Shown here piece after piece: positions 1-12,650 of a DNA stretch of 64,000 nt. The notes below the pieces were generated by a model that saw only the letters and a list, made by a program, of their open reading frames with translations, ran no database searches and was not told the DNA's origin. The position numbers and the translations under genes were made by a program. The stretch is from Vicugna vicugna (taxonomy: Eukaryota). Position 1 is the stretch's first letter; every line of letters starts with the position of its first letter. Location: NCBI GenBank assembly GCA_013265495.1, contig MU061578.1, positions 2,055,308 to 2,119,307 of the forward strand, in the 5' to 3' direction.

Positions 1-29
1 CTCTCTTCTTTGCTTACAGCCATCAAACG

Positions 30-605
30 GTTTCCCTTGGTGCTTAGGGAAGGACTCAAAGTCCTCCTCCTGGTACGCAATTCCCAGCATCTGTCCCGCC
101 CCTACTTCTTCATATAATTAGCTCTCTCACCCAGTGCTCCACTACCACTGACCCCTTTCTGCTCCCCAATAAATCAATCTCATTTCTACTTCATTTGCCC
201 TTGCCCTTCTGTTCCCCTGGGACAGTAGTGCCCTGAGTCTTTGCATGCCTTATCCTGACTCTTCTGGTCTTAGCCAAAATGCCATCTCTTCGGGGAAACT
301 TCCCACCTGTGGTAGCAAATCAAACGCCAAGTGACCCACGCCCTCCACGAAAGGTAGCTCCCTAACACATCATGTTTTATTTACTCCATAGTGCGTAGTA
401 CCGCCTGCACTTCTCTTGTTGACTCATATTTATTCATGAAGTGTATCTTTCCACTACTTTCATTGGAATAGGCAAGGGAAAGGCCCCACTTACCTTTGTC
501 ATTAATCTATCTTTAGCTCCTAAAAGATGCCTAGTGTATGACTGGTATCCAATATATACTCAATGAATAAAAAACAAATGGATGGATGGATGGATGGATG
601 GATAG
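30..605 (+). mobile_element. L2 LINE 3' fragment with (TGGA)n tail
   Basis: L2-like motifs (aaatgccatctcttc, gcctagtgtatgactggtatccaat...aatgaat) ending in tggatggatgga. Confidence 0.75.
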
Positions 606-796
606 ATGTAAAGAGGCTTGACTGTGTTTTTCTATTGAAGACTCCTTTAAGTCTATGACCCTAAAACCCAAATTAAACTACAATTTTCTGACCCCTAGAG
701 AACTCTCCCCGAGTCTTGATTCAAGTCATCAAAGACCCAAACGTTAACATTCAGCCGTCCTAAGAAGTGATCCGTCACCACCCAAATGCTCCACTT

Positions 797-1120
797 CCTT
801 GCTACTCAAAGGATGATCTGTGGATCAGAAGCATCAGCATTACTCAGGAGTTTATTATAATTTTAGAATCTCGGGCCGCACCCCAGACTCACTGAATCAG
901 CACCTGCATTTTAACAAGATTCTCAAGTGATCTGCATGCCCATCAAAATTTGAGAAGCCTCATTTTGGTTCCATTGCAATGAGCCCAGATGCTTACGAGA
1001 AGCCCCGTCCCAGATCAATTAAATCTAAGTCCCTGGGGCCACTGCCTGGGCACCATTGGTACTTTTAAGTCTCCCTCAAGTATTTTAATGTGCAATCAGT
1101 AGCAAAAACCACTGATAGAG
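797..1120. mobile_element. Two adjacent MER5-family (hAT-Charlie) MITE remnants
   Basis: cttgctactcaaag...agcatcagcatt...gaatctcgggccgcaccccagac...ctgcattttaacaag...tttgagaagc, followed by a second degenerate copy ending aaccactg. Confidence 0.75.
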
Positions 1121-1929
1121 CGTAAAGACAAGCATCTAAAAATTATACAAACTCTCTGTCTCTGTAGGCAGAGGGGCTGTTACTCCAAAACAAAAACAAT
1201 GAATGATGCACAAGCATGAGAACAGCGACAAAGCCCCGGCTCTGCGGATCATGGACCAGGCTCAGGCCACGCCCCAGAAGAGAGAGGCAACTTAGGGCTC
1301 GTGACTTACACCACGGGCAGGTCTTTCTCGGTACAGGTGACTTAGTTTTCATGGTTCTCATCAGAAAACACACATAAAGATATTTCATAATATTTCTCCA
1401 TAAGAAGAAAAGGAAGCCACCTGAAGTACACGAACACCTTCTGATATTACCCATAACTTCACACCTTTTTAAAATTTCACACCTTAATCAAAGGCAGATG
1501 CTATTTACTTGTGGAATGCCAATGTTTTGAAACTGCTATCTGTAATTAGCTCATTAGCTCACCTGTGGAATTGTCTGGATATAAAAAAAGATTTTTTATT
1601 TGAATCAGGCCTTCTAAGACAAGGACAACAACGCACCACAACTGAGGGAGACTCTTGAGCTCACCACGGTTTGTGACATAGGTGCCAGGAGAGACTCAAA
1701 GCAAGGACGTCCAGCCTTCTAGGGAAGTTCGTGGTCAAGCACTCAAAAGGCACTGCCTATCGTGGACCTTTAACTTGGTTTCTGAAAGCAACATGCAGAC
1801 CCAGGATTCTGGCTCCATGTCAGTATCTCTGCCAAGGCGTGAAGTATCACGCTTTGAAAGACTCAGCTTGCCCTAATTTAAGGCACAATTTTTGTTTTCA
1901 CTTTAAATACAAATATCCTTAGCCACTTT

Positions 1930-2349
1930 ATCAGTCAACGTCTCCATGGGAAGCAGATGGCATACTCAAATTTGGATTATTTAAGGAGAGTTTACTTACA
2001 GAGGTACTATTTTCAAAGGTGTAGGCAGAGCGGAGGGAAACCAAGCAGGATGTGCAACAGCCACAAATCAGGAGCAGCGTGGCTGTAACCACGCCCCGGG
2101 CCAAAGAGGGTGAGGGGAAGGAACTGTCGTGGGTTCCTGGGAGGAGAGGGGGCTTCTCCAGAGGAGGAGCAGTGACACCCAGGCCTCACGAGGGAACCAG
2201 GACAAAAAAATGCCTCGACTCCACTCAACTCCCTGCCTCAACCTCCCACCAAAACTCCCCATCGGCAGAACTCAAACGAAAACCCAAGGGCAAAGGAGCC
2301 ACAAGTGTAGATCTTATTTATCAGCTTCCTGGGAAAAGAGCAGATGGAC
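1930..2349 (-). mobile_element. LTR33-like ERVL solo LTR
   Basis: gaagcagatggcatactcaaatttggattatttaaggagagttt...aaaggtgtaggcag resembles the reverse complement of the LTR33 3' end. Confidence 0.6.
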
Positions 2350-2824
2350 ACAGTCGAGAGAATAACGGCTCCTTCTAAAGATGTCCACCTCCTAATCCCA
2401 GGAACCTGTGAAAACCTGTACAGTAAGTTTGTGGATTAAGTGAACCAAGTTTGCAGGTGGCATTAAGGTTGTTAATCAGTTGACCTTAAGATAGGGAGAT
2501 TATTCTGAACTGTGTGGGCAGGCCCAACGCGATCACCTTAGAGGTGGAAGAGGAAGGCAGAAGGCAGTCGGAGGCAATGATGCAGCTCGGAGGCTGGAGG
2601 AAGGGCCCCCCCAAGCTGAGGAATACAGGCATCCTCTAGAAGGGAGAGAAAGCAAGGAGAGGGGCTGTCCCTTGCAGCCTCCGAAGAGTAAGTAGCCTTT
2701 GAGGACAGCCCAGTGAGAACTGTGTCGGACCTCTGAACTACAGAACTTTTAAATAAGAAATACATGTTGTTTTAAGCCACTAAGTTTGTAGCAATTTTTT
2801 CTAGCAGCAATGGGAAATGAATAC
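2350..2824 (+). mobile_element. MLT1D-like MaLR LTR
   Basis: aaagatgtccacctcctaatcccaggaacctgtgaa...gttgttttaagccactaagtttgtagcaa...cagcaatgggaaatgaataca. Confidence 0.85.
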
Positions 2825-2964
2825 AGTGGAGACAGATAAAGACGCCTTTGAGAGGCAACTGGAAGATGCCTGGCATCGTCCCCCTGGCACCTTCTGACCT
2901 TTGTGGTCAAGCTTTGTCCCTAAATCTAAGCCTTTGATGTAGACTTCTCCCCAGACTAAGGGGA

Positions 2965-3197
2965 AGCAGTGTGATATAATTTTGGAATGTACTTTGGTTT
3001 CAGCAGACCTGAGTGTGAATCTTGCTTGTGCCACTTACAGGATGTACAACCTGGGTGAGTCGCAGTCCTGCCACCCGAAGATGGAAATGAGAAATAGGAC
3101 AGCAACCTCATGGCATCTGTGCAAAGGTTAGACAGACAGTGCATATAAAACACAAGGATGGTGCCCAGCACATAGCAGATGCTCAGTAAATGCTGAC
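2965..3197 (+). mobile_element. MIR SINE
   Basis: cagacctgagtgtgaatcttgcttgtgccactta...gtgcccagcacatagcagatgctcagtaaatgct. Confidence 0.8.
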
Positions 3198-3385
3198 ACA
3201 TCTGGTCTCATCTTCTTCACTGTGGTGTTTAAAAATATGCCTACCAATTTTGTAATATTCCTCACTTTAAGTGGTGAAACTTAATTATCCACTCCTTGAA
3301 TGTGGGCTGGACCAGCTTCCAACAAATAGAAGAAGTCAGAAATGACGCTGTATGACTTTGAGTCTAGGTCATAAAAACTGTTAAG

Positions 3386-4193
3386 CTGCATACTGTATGC
3401 TTCCAACTACAGAACATTCTGGAAAAGGCAAAACAGTAAAAAGATAGTGGTTCCCAGGGGTTTGGAGGGGGAGGGGGCGTGATGAAGCACAGGGGATTTT
3501 TTAGGGCAGTGAAACTATTCTCTATGGTGTATGATGCATGACATTATGCATTTAGCAATTCAACACAATTGTCACAGTAGCTAAAATGTAGAAGCAACTC
3601 AAGTGTCTGGCAACGGATGAATGGCTAAGCAAAGCGTAGCCTGTGTAGACAATGGAATATTATTCAGCCTTAACAAGAGAAACCCACCACATGCTACAAC
3701 ACATGGCTGAACCTCGAGGACACTGTGCTAAGTGAAATAAGCCAGTCACAGAAAGACAAACACTGCATTATTCCACTTATACAAGGTGCTTAGAGTAGAC
3801 AGAATCACAGAGACAGAATGCAGAAGGGTGGTTGCCAGGGCTGGGGGAGGAGGGGCAGGAATGTATTGTTTAATGGGTATAGAGTTGCAGCTCTGCAAAA
3901 TGAGAACAGCTATCGATACAGATGGTGGTGATGATTTCAGACAATACAAATAGACTTAATATCACTGACCTGTGAACCCCAAAATGGTTAAAAATTTTAG
4001 GTTATGTGTACCTTACCATAATCAAAAAAAGTGGGGAAAACCATAGAATTGTGCAACAGGAAGAATGAACCCTAATGTGAATTACGGACTTCAGTTAATA
4101 AAAATGTATAAATACTGGTTCACCAATTGTGACAAATGTACTACACGAATGCAGGCTGTTCATAATACAGGAAATTGTACCTAAAATAAAGTC
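3386..4193 (+). mobile_element. L1MC-like 3' end, itself interrupted by an L1MB-like 3' end (~3560-4035)
   Basis: L1MC-type: catactgtatgcttccaactac...ttttagggcagtgaaactattct...aaccctaatgtgaattacggactt. L1MB-type: ctaagtgaaataagccagtcacagaaagacaaa...aaaatggttaaaa. Confidence 0.8.
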
Positions 4194-4211
4194 ACTGGGA
4201 CTTGCTCTCTG

Positions 4212-4212
<1 letters not shown>

Positions 4213-4246
<34 letters not shown>

Positions 4247-4266
4247 TGCATGCACACGCACACGCA
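4213..4266. repeat. (CA)n microsatellite
   Basis: Directly visible CA run with a degenerate CATG/CACG tail. Confidence 0.95.
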
Positions 4267-7200
4267 CCCCTCTTGCTATAGGGGAAGAAAGCCACGAGGT
4301 TGTAAGCAACTCTACAAAGACACACATATGACCAGGAAATGAAGCCTCTGTCCAATACGTCATCAGGGAACTAAGGCCTGCGAACAAGCATGAGTGAACA
4401 TGGAAGCAGATCCTTCAGCCACAGTTGTGCCTTCAGATAATGACAGACGCCACCAGCCTCTTGACTGAAATCTCCCAAGAGCCCCTGCAGCAGAACCACC
4501 CAGCAGAGCTGCTCCCAGAATCCTGACCTGCAGAAACCATGCAAGGTACCCCATGCTTGTTGTTTCAAGCTGCCAAGTTTGGGGTTCATTTCTTCTGCAG
4601 CAATAGATAACTAATACACCCACCCAAAAAGGGAGAGCTATGAAAACACGTTTAAATAATTAATTAGGGATGAGAAAATGTGAAAAGTGTGTTGCTTTCC
4701 TCAAAATAAACGAACACGCCTGGTGTCAATCCAGGGCTTAGGAATCACGGTGGCAGAAGTTGGCTGTCTAAGAAATGCTTAATTATTTGGTGGTAAAGGT
4801 TTCACTTCACATGGAAAAAAAAAATTCCTGCCTTTGGGATCTAAAACGACCCAAATCATGTGCCCTCATCACAGAACTTCAGTCTCCAAGCTGCTGCTAA
4901 CGCAGGGAAATACGGTTATTTCCTGTTCATCAGCATTTTCCCCTCAAACCTTCTGTCACGCTGGCACTTTTTTTTTTCCCTCCCAAACAAGCAGGAAGCT
5001 AAGAGATGTCCTCAGCCCTTCTGCCAGCTTCCAGTCCAACTCCTATTTGTCCAAGTGTCCGGTGAGCCAGACAGAGGTCTTGACACTAATGCCTTTTGTC
5101 CTGCTCAGAGCTCCAGGACCTGCCCTGACGGGGCTCCCAGGGAAGTGGAGGAGGAAGTGCCCTCTCAGGCCTCCCAGCTGGTTCTCCGCTGATTTCAACC
5201 CACTGGCCATCTGGTCTCTTCTCCCTGCTCTGCACACAGCTTGGTCTGGGAAGCGGAAACTTTCTGTGGAATTCAGCATTTTTTTTTACTTTTTTTTTTT
5301 TTTTGCAAACCAGGATGCATGAAGAGAGACCAGAACACTGGCTGGTGTGTGATATTATATTGCTTGTCCACATGCAGAAATTGATGCACCGAAAATCAAA
5401 GATGCCACTTGGCAAGGGTCCAGTGGAAAACCACAGCCATTCGAATCCATGGGGGTAGCTGGGGCGTGATGTCAAATACGAAGAATAACCAAACTCCAGC
5501 TCAGGTGGGAAATGGTCCTGCTTAACTTTTCTGCAGGATTCATCCAAGTAAAAAAAATCAAAGCTCTAAAAGCATATGAAAGGCGTTTCATTCAAATTAA
5601 CTTATTTTGCTTAATAAAATGGGGGGGGGGGTCAAAACACTTCCTACAAAGTGCCGCAAAAATATATGTATATTGCCTAAAATGGATAATAGCTGATGGA
5701 CCTCTCTCCAAATAGGCTGGCCAATGAAGAGGTTTCCAAAGACCACTACATTTTATCTAACAGTGATAATCTAAAGTCGGGCAGACAGGGGTACCGACTT
5801 ACACAACGACCAGGGTAAATAAATACAGTTTTGGGTCTAACACACTCATAAGTGAATGTATGTGTGTGCACTATGCATATCTGTGTGTGGGGTGTGTGTG
5901 TGCATGTGTGGGTGTCTCGAACCTGCTGATAACTTAAAAAAATGAAAAAAATCAGAAAATACGGTTTTTAGAGCCACTCATTAAAGTGGGGATATTGGTT
6001 GAATGGAGATCCTATGCGAGGGCCCTCAGCTCCCATTCAACTCCTAGAACAGTGATTTACGATGTCCAAGTACATAAAAGTCTTCATGATGGGCCCCTGA
6101 GAAGCCAAAATGCAAGTCTTCTCATTCGTATTTTGCATCACTGAAGAGAAATTTGCACTTCCATTTTTTTTTAACAATCAGGGGTAACCAGTGCGAGTAT
6201 TCTACTAACTTCGTGTGATTGAAAAATAAGCATAAATTATCACTAGATTACTGAGCACTATCGTTCAACATTGTACTAGGAAGTCTACCTTGCAAGAACT
6301 TTACAACAAATGCTGCAAATCTCCCCAAGCAAACATCCATGCACACGGCTCGAACGCCCGGAATTTTCAGGAAAGACTTTCTGATTTCAGTTATCACCAA
6401 AGTCATTGATCCAGGGGTATTAAGTACATTACGACATTGTTATTGGGATTCTTACAGGTGTTTTGGTTAATACCTCAGCATGAATTGTATTTTGGGCTGA
6501 TAATTTCATTGCGAACTTGAATTAAAAAAAAAAAAAAGAAAAGCTATGGGCCTTCTATCCAAGTAAAAACATTTGTCCTTACAACTCTGAATACAATTTC
6601 AGTAAGTCTCTGAGTCCACTGGTGGCCCCCAAGGTGGGAATTCCTTTCTCAAAAGAGGAAATGTGAGACAATCATGTGTCATATTGGTTCTTATCTCACA
6701 GAGACTAAACCATCTAAATGTGGAGAAGGAAAAACATTATCATCTGCCCCAGAGGAGGAAAAAGAGGCCCTCGGACAGAGTGCTTTGTCTTCCCAGCATT
6801 ATTTTTATCTGTTTTCCCAGGATCTGAAACAGGAGACTAGTTAAAAACTATTTCAGCAGTGGGTATTTACATGTAGGTTATGCAAATTACTGAATCTACG
6901 CAAATAATTTAGGCAGAATCCCCCATGTCTCCCCAGAGCAAAGAAGAAATAAAACATGATGCTAAAAGGGATGCTTACAAGGTACCACCTAAAAGCATGT
7001 TCACATTTTAGACATACATTCCGTTCCCTGAGCCCTGGCCTCGGTGCCTTTATAAATCCGATTCGACTTTTGGAAGTCTTGGATGGCCAAGTTTCTTTTC
7101 TCTTTAAAGTTTCCTCGCATGCCCCATGCTGAGAAGTGACACAGTTCCAATAATATCCCACAGCTTCTGAACGTCCTTTGCTAAGGGAATTGTCTCCGTT

Positions 7201-8509
7201 CCATTGTATACAAAGCATTTCGTTTTACCCTCGGCTGGCTGCCTCCCAGAGCTTTAAAGGGAGGGGATTATTTTTGGCAGCGGAGAGGGGGATGTTACCA
7301 TACAAACGACAGCCTGCAAGAGGGGAGCAGATGTAAAATGCCCAGGACATCGATGCATTCCCAAGTGCCCAATTATTGTTATGAAATAGGATATTCACTC
7401 CAAATGCCTTAAGAATAGACATTTCTTCATATCCATCAAGTACTTTTCTTGGAGTAACGGAAAAATAAGCTAATACCGCATGATAAGCCTGCCTCTTTGG
7501 AAGGCCTAATCCTTCTTCTCCGCCAAAAAGGCACCGTGTAATAGGGATGGCACATAAATTTCATTTCACATAGTAATTCCAATTGGCTGAGAGTAGATGC
7601 CTGAAGTGATGTACTGCGGATTCTAAGAAGTGTCTCTGAAGAGGGGGGCAAGGAATTGATTACCAATGTCTGCCACGTACCCGGAGAGGGAGGCGGTGTC
7701 GCGCGGGCCTCGCGCCTGCCATTTTGATGTAGAGCATCCTGAGCATTGAGTGAAAATGCACGAATAGGAAGACTGCATAATACATAAGCTGGGCTGCACT
7801 TGAGAGCGTGATTTTTTATAAGTCTATTTTACCAGGCAATTTTTCACAGACGTTCCTAAACTACGTTTGAAAAGACAAAGTCGTGTTGGGAAGCATCGCT
7901 GGCATCAGAATGGAGCGTGAGTGCACCCTGCGGTGTCTTCCTGGACTGATGTTTGCGGGAGGGGAGCCCACTCCCCCACCCTAGGGCGGGACCCAATGGG
8001 TGTGCCTGATCAGAGGCAAAACCCCCTGAAAGGAGAGTGCCCTGACATCAGCTATCAGGCGCCTCAAATCCGTGTCTCTGTCCCCACTGCACGTGGCTTG
8101 ACCTCCCTCTCTCGGCCAGCACATCCCCAGCTCTGAAACAGGGGTGACAGCGGGGACAAAATGTGAAAATGGAATGAAAGCTCTTGCAAAGTCCTGGGCA
8201 GGTGGAAAGTGTTAGCCAAAAACGGGAATAACAAGACCTACACAACACGCCAACAGGTAAACGTGTGCCATGGTCACACGCCTGCCCTGCGGCCACCAAG
8301 TCAGAACTGGAACCAGAAACACAACAAGACTCCGTGGAAACTCTGTCACCCACTGCGATGCCAGGGCACACGCCAGGCGAAGCAGGAGGCTGGCGGCGTC
8401 TGTAAAAGTGAAAGGCCCGTCTCTTCTGGTCCAATTTCATGTCTAGGCATTTAGCCTCCAGACAGACTTACACGTGGGGAAGTGGGGGTGGTCAAGGGTA
8501 TGCAATGCC

Positions 8510-8900
8510 ACACTTTGACAGCAAAATGTTAGAAATGCCATAATGATCCACCGAAGGAGACTGACTAAATAATGCAGAGTAAATATGTGCAATGTAAGAC
8601 TACACACCCATCAATAAAATGGAGGGATTTTGTATGGATATGGAATAATCCCTAAGATACATCCTTAAATTGAAAAAAAAGCCAATAGTGGAATTATGCG
8701 TATCTTATAATACCTCCTACTGGCGTAAATGTCTGTATGTGCGTAACAGATCTATGAAAGGACACGTGAGAAACCATGACAGCAGTTGTCTCTGGTGAGC
8801 TGGGAGGCGAGTGGAAGGGAAATACATTTTTCTTGGCATAGTCTTGCATTTTTTTAATATTGTACCATTTTCATCTAAACTATTAAATAAATAAAGTTAA
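8510..8900 (+). mobile_element. Old L1ME-like 3' fragment
   Basis: tggatatggaataatccctaagatac...agcagttgtctctggtga...tgtaccatttt...aaataaataaaa. Confidence 0.55.
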
Positions 8901-10584
8901 GCACCAACTATGCCTTGTTAAAGATCTCATTCCCCGCCTAGAAACAAGCTTATTTCTTTTGTACTTGTCTTTTGTAAATGCGGGCAAATCACCCTTCGCT
9001 TAAAAAAAAAATAATTGTAAGTACTTTGGTCGAATCTTTTTCTGTATTGATGCCCCCAGTTTTTAATCCAAAAAGAGTAACTGACTATCAGCACGCACTT
9101 AGCTGTGTTCACGACAACAATGAAAATTGCCAGAGGTTCTCATTATAACTCAGACGATGGATCGATGGATCGTGAGACTCAGACCCCCAGCCTTCCCTCC
9201 ACCCTCTTTTTGCAAACTCTAGGTTTCAAATGAAGAGCTGTATCAATTAGCAGAACCAGTTGGTTCTCAGACACTGAGCTGGATCCCGGGCTATTATTAG
9301 CTTCCGAACAATGGCTTAGAGGGAAAGAGGAAAAAAAATAAAACTTACACTAGGCTTTGAATTCTCAAACCACTATTCTGGGAAAAGACAATTATATTAC
9401 ACAGTTAGGTGATTTAGAGGATTCACCTATGAAATGAGTTCTGCTGGCTTCCTCCAGACCTTAAAAAAAAAATCCTTCATGGTCTCTTAATCGATGACTG
9501 TAGGACAACATACTTGTGTTTTGTCGTGGGGTTTTATTTTTCCACTACTGAAAATAATTAACGTTGCTTTAAAAAAGTTAAAGGGAGGGGAAAAAAAAAA
9601 AAACTAAAATGGCAAGGGCACAGTGACATCTGCTGGCATTTCATAAACTTTTTTAAGACAAGCGTTTGTTCCAGACACTGCTCTCCATTTGTTCTCGAGA
9701 GCTGAGGCCCATTTGTGGCTAACCGAAATTAACATACCCCAATGTGCTCCCTAAAGTTATGTAAAGAGCAGATCATCAAGGAATAAGAGCCCAGGAGCCT
9801 CTTCCCCTGGAGTGGATTCCCTCCCTCTTTCAGGAGAGCAATCTGCAGCCCAGGGGGTTGCATAATTTTACTTTTTTTTTCTTTAATAAGTAGAAGAGTT
9901 AGGATGGAGACAAATTAAATCCTGTGAGCCATTTCCCTTGATTTTGTTTCTATAAAAGGGGATTCCACCGATCCTCGTCTCCAAACGGTCTACACAGGAG
10001 GGGCCAGGGTCACACCCTCTCCCGAAGCCGCCGGCAGAACAAGGAATGTAGAACGGAGCCTTCCTGTTTCCCAGACTAGCGAGGGAGGGATGTCAGACAA
10101 ACGAGGCAGCAAAACCAAAAACACGAATGGGAAGGGAGGGCGCCCAACACGGTGACTTCAGACAAGAGGCAAAGGTAGCTCTGTTGGGCTAGTGCAAGGC
10201 TTTGAAAAGAGACTCCAAAATGCTGAAATCCCAAAAGCGGTTATTTTTAAATCTCTGACGGTGACATGCAGCCAAGGAGGCGGCAATTAAGAGGTGGTCT
10301 AAGGTGAAGGAGAGAAATCTGTGTTCTCTGTAGGACGTTGTGAAGAGGTGTTCATAGAGTTGGGGTCTGGCTCTCCCTCCTAAGATGTGTCAGTCACCGA
10401 ATGTACCTACAAAACAGAGGGGCTGCCTGAGTAGTGGGATGAGAGTCTAAACACAGCGACACCCTGGGGACGTTATAAGCAGAACGCCCAGACACCCGGC
10501 TCCTTGTTCATGCGGGTTCCCCAGTCGGACCCATCACATCCATCACATCACATCCCATCACCCACTGCGCCCTCCCTTCCTCCT

Positions 10585-10710
10585 GCACCACACACACGCA
10601 CATGCATGCATAAACATGCACACCCAGCGTGCACATCCACACGTGCACGCTCACATGCACAACACACTCACATGCACGCACTACACTGCAGGCTCACAGG
10701 CGCATACACA
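10585..10710. repeat. Degenerate (CA/CATG/CACG) low-complexity repeat
   Basis: cacacacgcacatgcatgcataaacatgcacacc...cacatgcacgca. Confidence 0.85.
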
Positions 10711-10899
10711 TCACCCTTCCCCCAGAGGTGCTCCCAGCAGCTGTTCTCCCGCCCTGAGAGTAACACATGGGTAACACATCCACGAGTAACGGTTCCAGCA
10801 AAGACCTTATCCATTCCCAAAAGAAAGAACACGAGATCTCAAGAACAGGCGACATATTGTGGCCTCTGCAGCTCCTCCAACTCCCCTGCTCCCCCTGCT

Positions 10900-11360
10900 C
10901 CAGGCACGGAGGCCACCGTACAGTCTGCAAGACAGCAGAGCGCTCCCCTCCCCCAGGGGCTTCTGCACACCCGTGCCTCCAGCCTCCATGCTCTCCTGCC
11001 CTCTCCCCGCCTCCTCGTTTTGCAGAACTTGGTCCTTGTCATTCTCCAGGTCTCAGCTTAAATGTCATAAACGTCTCTCCTTGGAGCGACCTTCCCACAC
11101 CCTCCACCCCAATCTGGCCATTCACCTTGTTAGTACATTAGTGCCCTGTCTTGCTGCCATCCTCGTACTTATTATAATGGATAATTATATGGTCCAGGCA
11201 TTGGTTTTCATGATGTGTGCTGGTGTCTCCTACTCGGGAATAAGCTTCAGGAGGCAGAGATCTTGTTGGTCTTGGGCACCAGTTAATATACCATCCAAAT
11301 AAAACAGTGCCTGATGCAGAGCCTGAAATGGAGCCTGGGTCTGAAATGTTTACCAAGTGC
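10900..11360 (+). mobile_element. L2 fragment
   Basis: caggtctcagcttaaatgtca...gaccttccc...taagcttcaggaggcagagatcttgtt...aacagtgcctga. Confidence 0.6.
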
Positions 11361-12524
11361 ACGAGAAAGGCGATGGATGACCCCATAAAAACAACCCCAC
11401 ATGTCTTAAATAATGCTGTTTTTAAGAAGAAAAGGGAGAAAATAAGAAAGAATGTCCATTTGCACTGCTGGGACTCCAGACGGCATTCCTTTACTCCAGG
11501 CCTAGCTCAGGACGCCCAGCATTGCACTCTACAGTCCTGTTTCCAGGAATTCCTGCAACTTACTCCTTTCTGCCTCCCAACTCCCACTTATCTTACACAT
11601 GTTTATTTTAGGTGTCTTACAAAGACCATTGTTTCTAAAAAGATGAAACAAGCACAAATTACAAGAAACAGTGAAAATTAAAGGCAGAGAAGTAAAACTG
11701 GAGTCAACAGTAAAGTTAATATATAAAACCTATGCTAGCAAATCCTATACCCTGTCAAGACTGGACTGTAAAATCGTCTCTGAGCCTCCTGGCAGGCTCT
11801 GGGAAAAGGGAACAAGTTCCTTTGTGCCACTTAAAGAGTGTCTGGTGCATGAATACCAATCAGTACCATAAAAAGAAGGAACTTTTTATGACCCTGAAAC
11901 CAAAAAGAACACAACGACAGCCCACAGAGCCCTCAAATATCAAGACGGCCATTAACAGCAGGGACTGTGAATGCTTCACAGCTTGTTATCTTTCTTGGTC
12001 CTCCTCATTTGTTTTCAGCAATATTTCATTCTTTGCATTTCACGTGTTAGACTCAGCTGTAACCACTCCTAAACTGTGGTCTAAATGGTCTGTTCTCTTT
12101 CTGTGTGTATGCATCATACCTGTTTTTTTAAAATATCACATCGAATGGCTTTCTTCTAATATCTCTCATTATAGGCTGACAGCTGCAAAGCACAATTCAG
12201 CAGAACTGAATTTGTGGCGCAGTGGGGAATGGCTCTTTGAACTCATTATGTACTTCCAAAGGTTACTGTAAGTTCACACAGACTAAACCTATGTAAGTTT
12301 CATGTGCAAAACAAACAAAAGCTCACTAGAAAACAAAAGATCTTTCCATGAAACCACAGGCACATTAACTATAGAAACTTTTGTATCAAAGAGTCTTGGG
12401 GTGAGAAATCCTTGTCTGCATATTACAAGGTAAATGAAGAGGGACTTTTAGAAGTCTGTGTATTAGCTCTTAACTTACCTCACTCTGGAGCATCAATCCT
12501 TGGTGAGAGAGGCAGAATCATTCG

Positions 12525-12650
12525 TGTTTTAATAGATCGGAAAACGGAGGCTCAGAGAGGTACAGTAACTTGCCCAAGGCTGCACAGCTAGAAAGTGCAG
12601 AATCCAGATTCAAAAGTTAGGTATGCATGGATCCAAAGCCTGTGTCCTCT
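12525..12650 (-). mobile_element. MIR
   Basis: gaaaacggaggctcagagaggtacagtaacttgcccaaggctgcacagcta. Confidence 0.85.

Larger units (their letters stand above)
3221..4618 (+). mobile_element. MLT1F-like MaLR LTR split by nested L1 fragments (LTR parts ~3221-3385 and ~4194-4618)
   Basis: TGTGG start and ccactccttgaatgtgggctggac; the 3' part has ggaagcagatccttcagcc and ends gcagcaatagataactaataca. Confidence 0.8.

Noticed and set aside
4834..5547. ORFs of 162 and 153 aa
   Set aside because: They cross a poly-T/A tract, resemble no protein I recognise (no RRM), and lack convincing splice boundaries.
10504..11302. ORFs of 185, 147 and 124 aa
   Set aside because: They run through CA-rich low complexity and an L2 remnant; no protein resemblance or exon structure.
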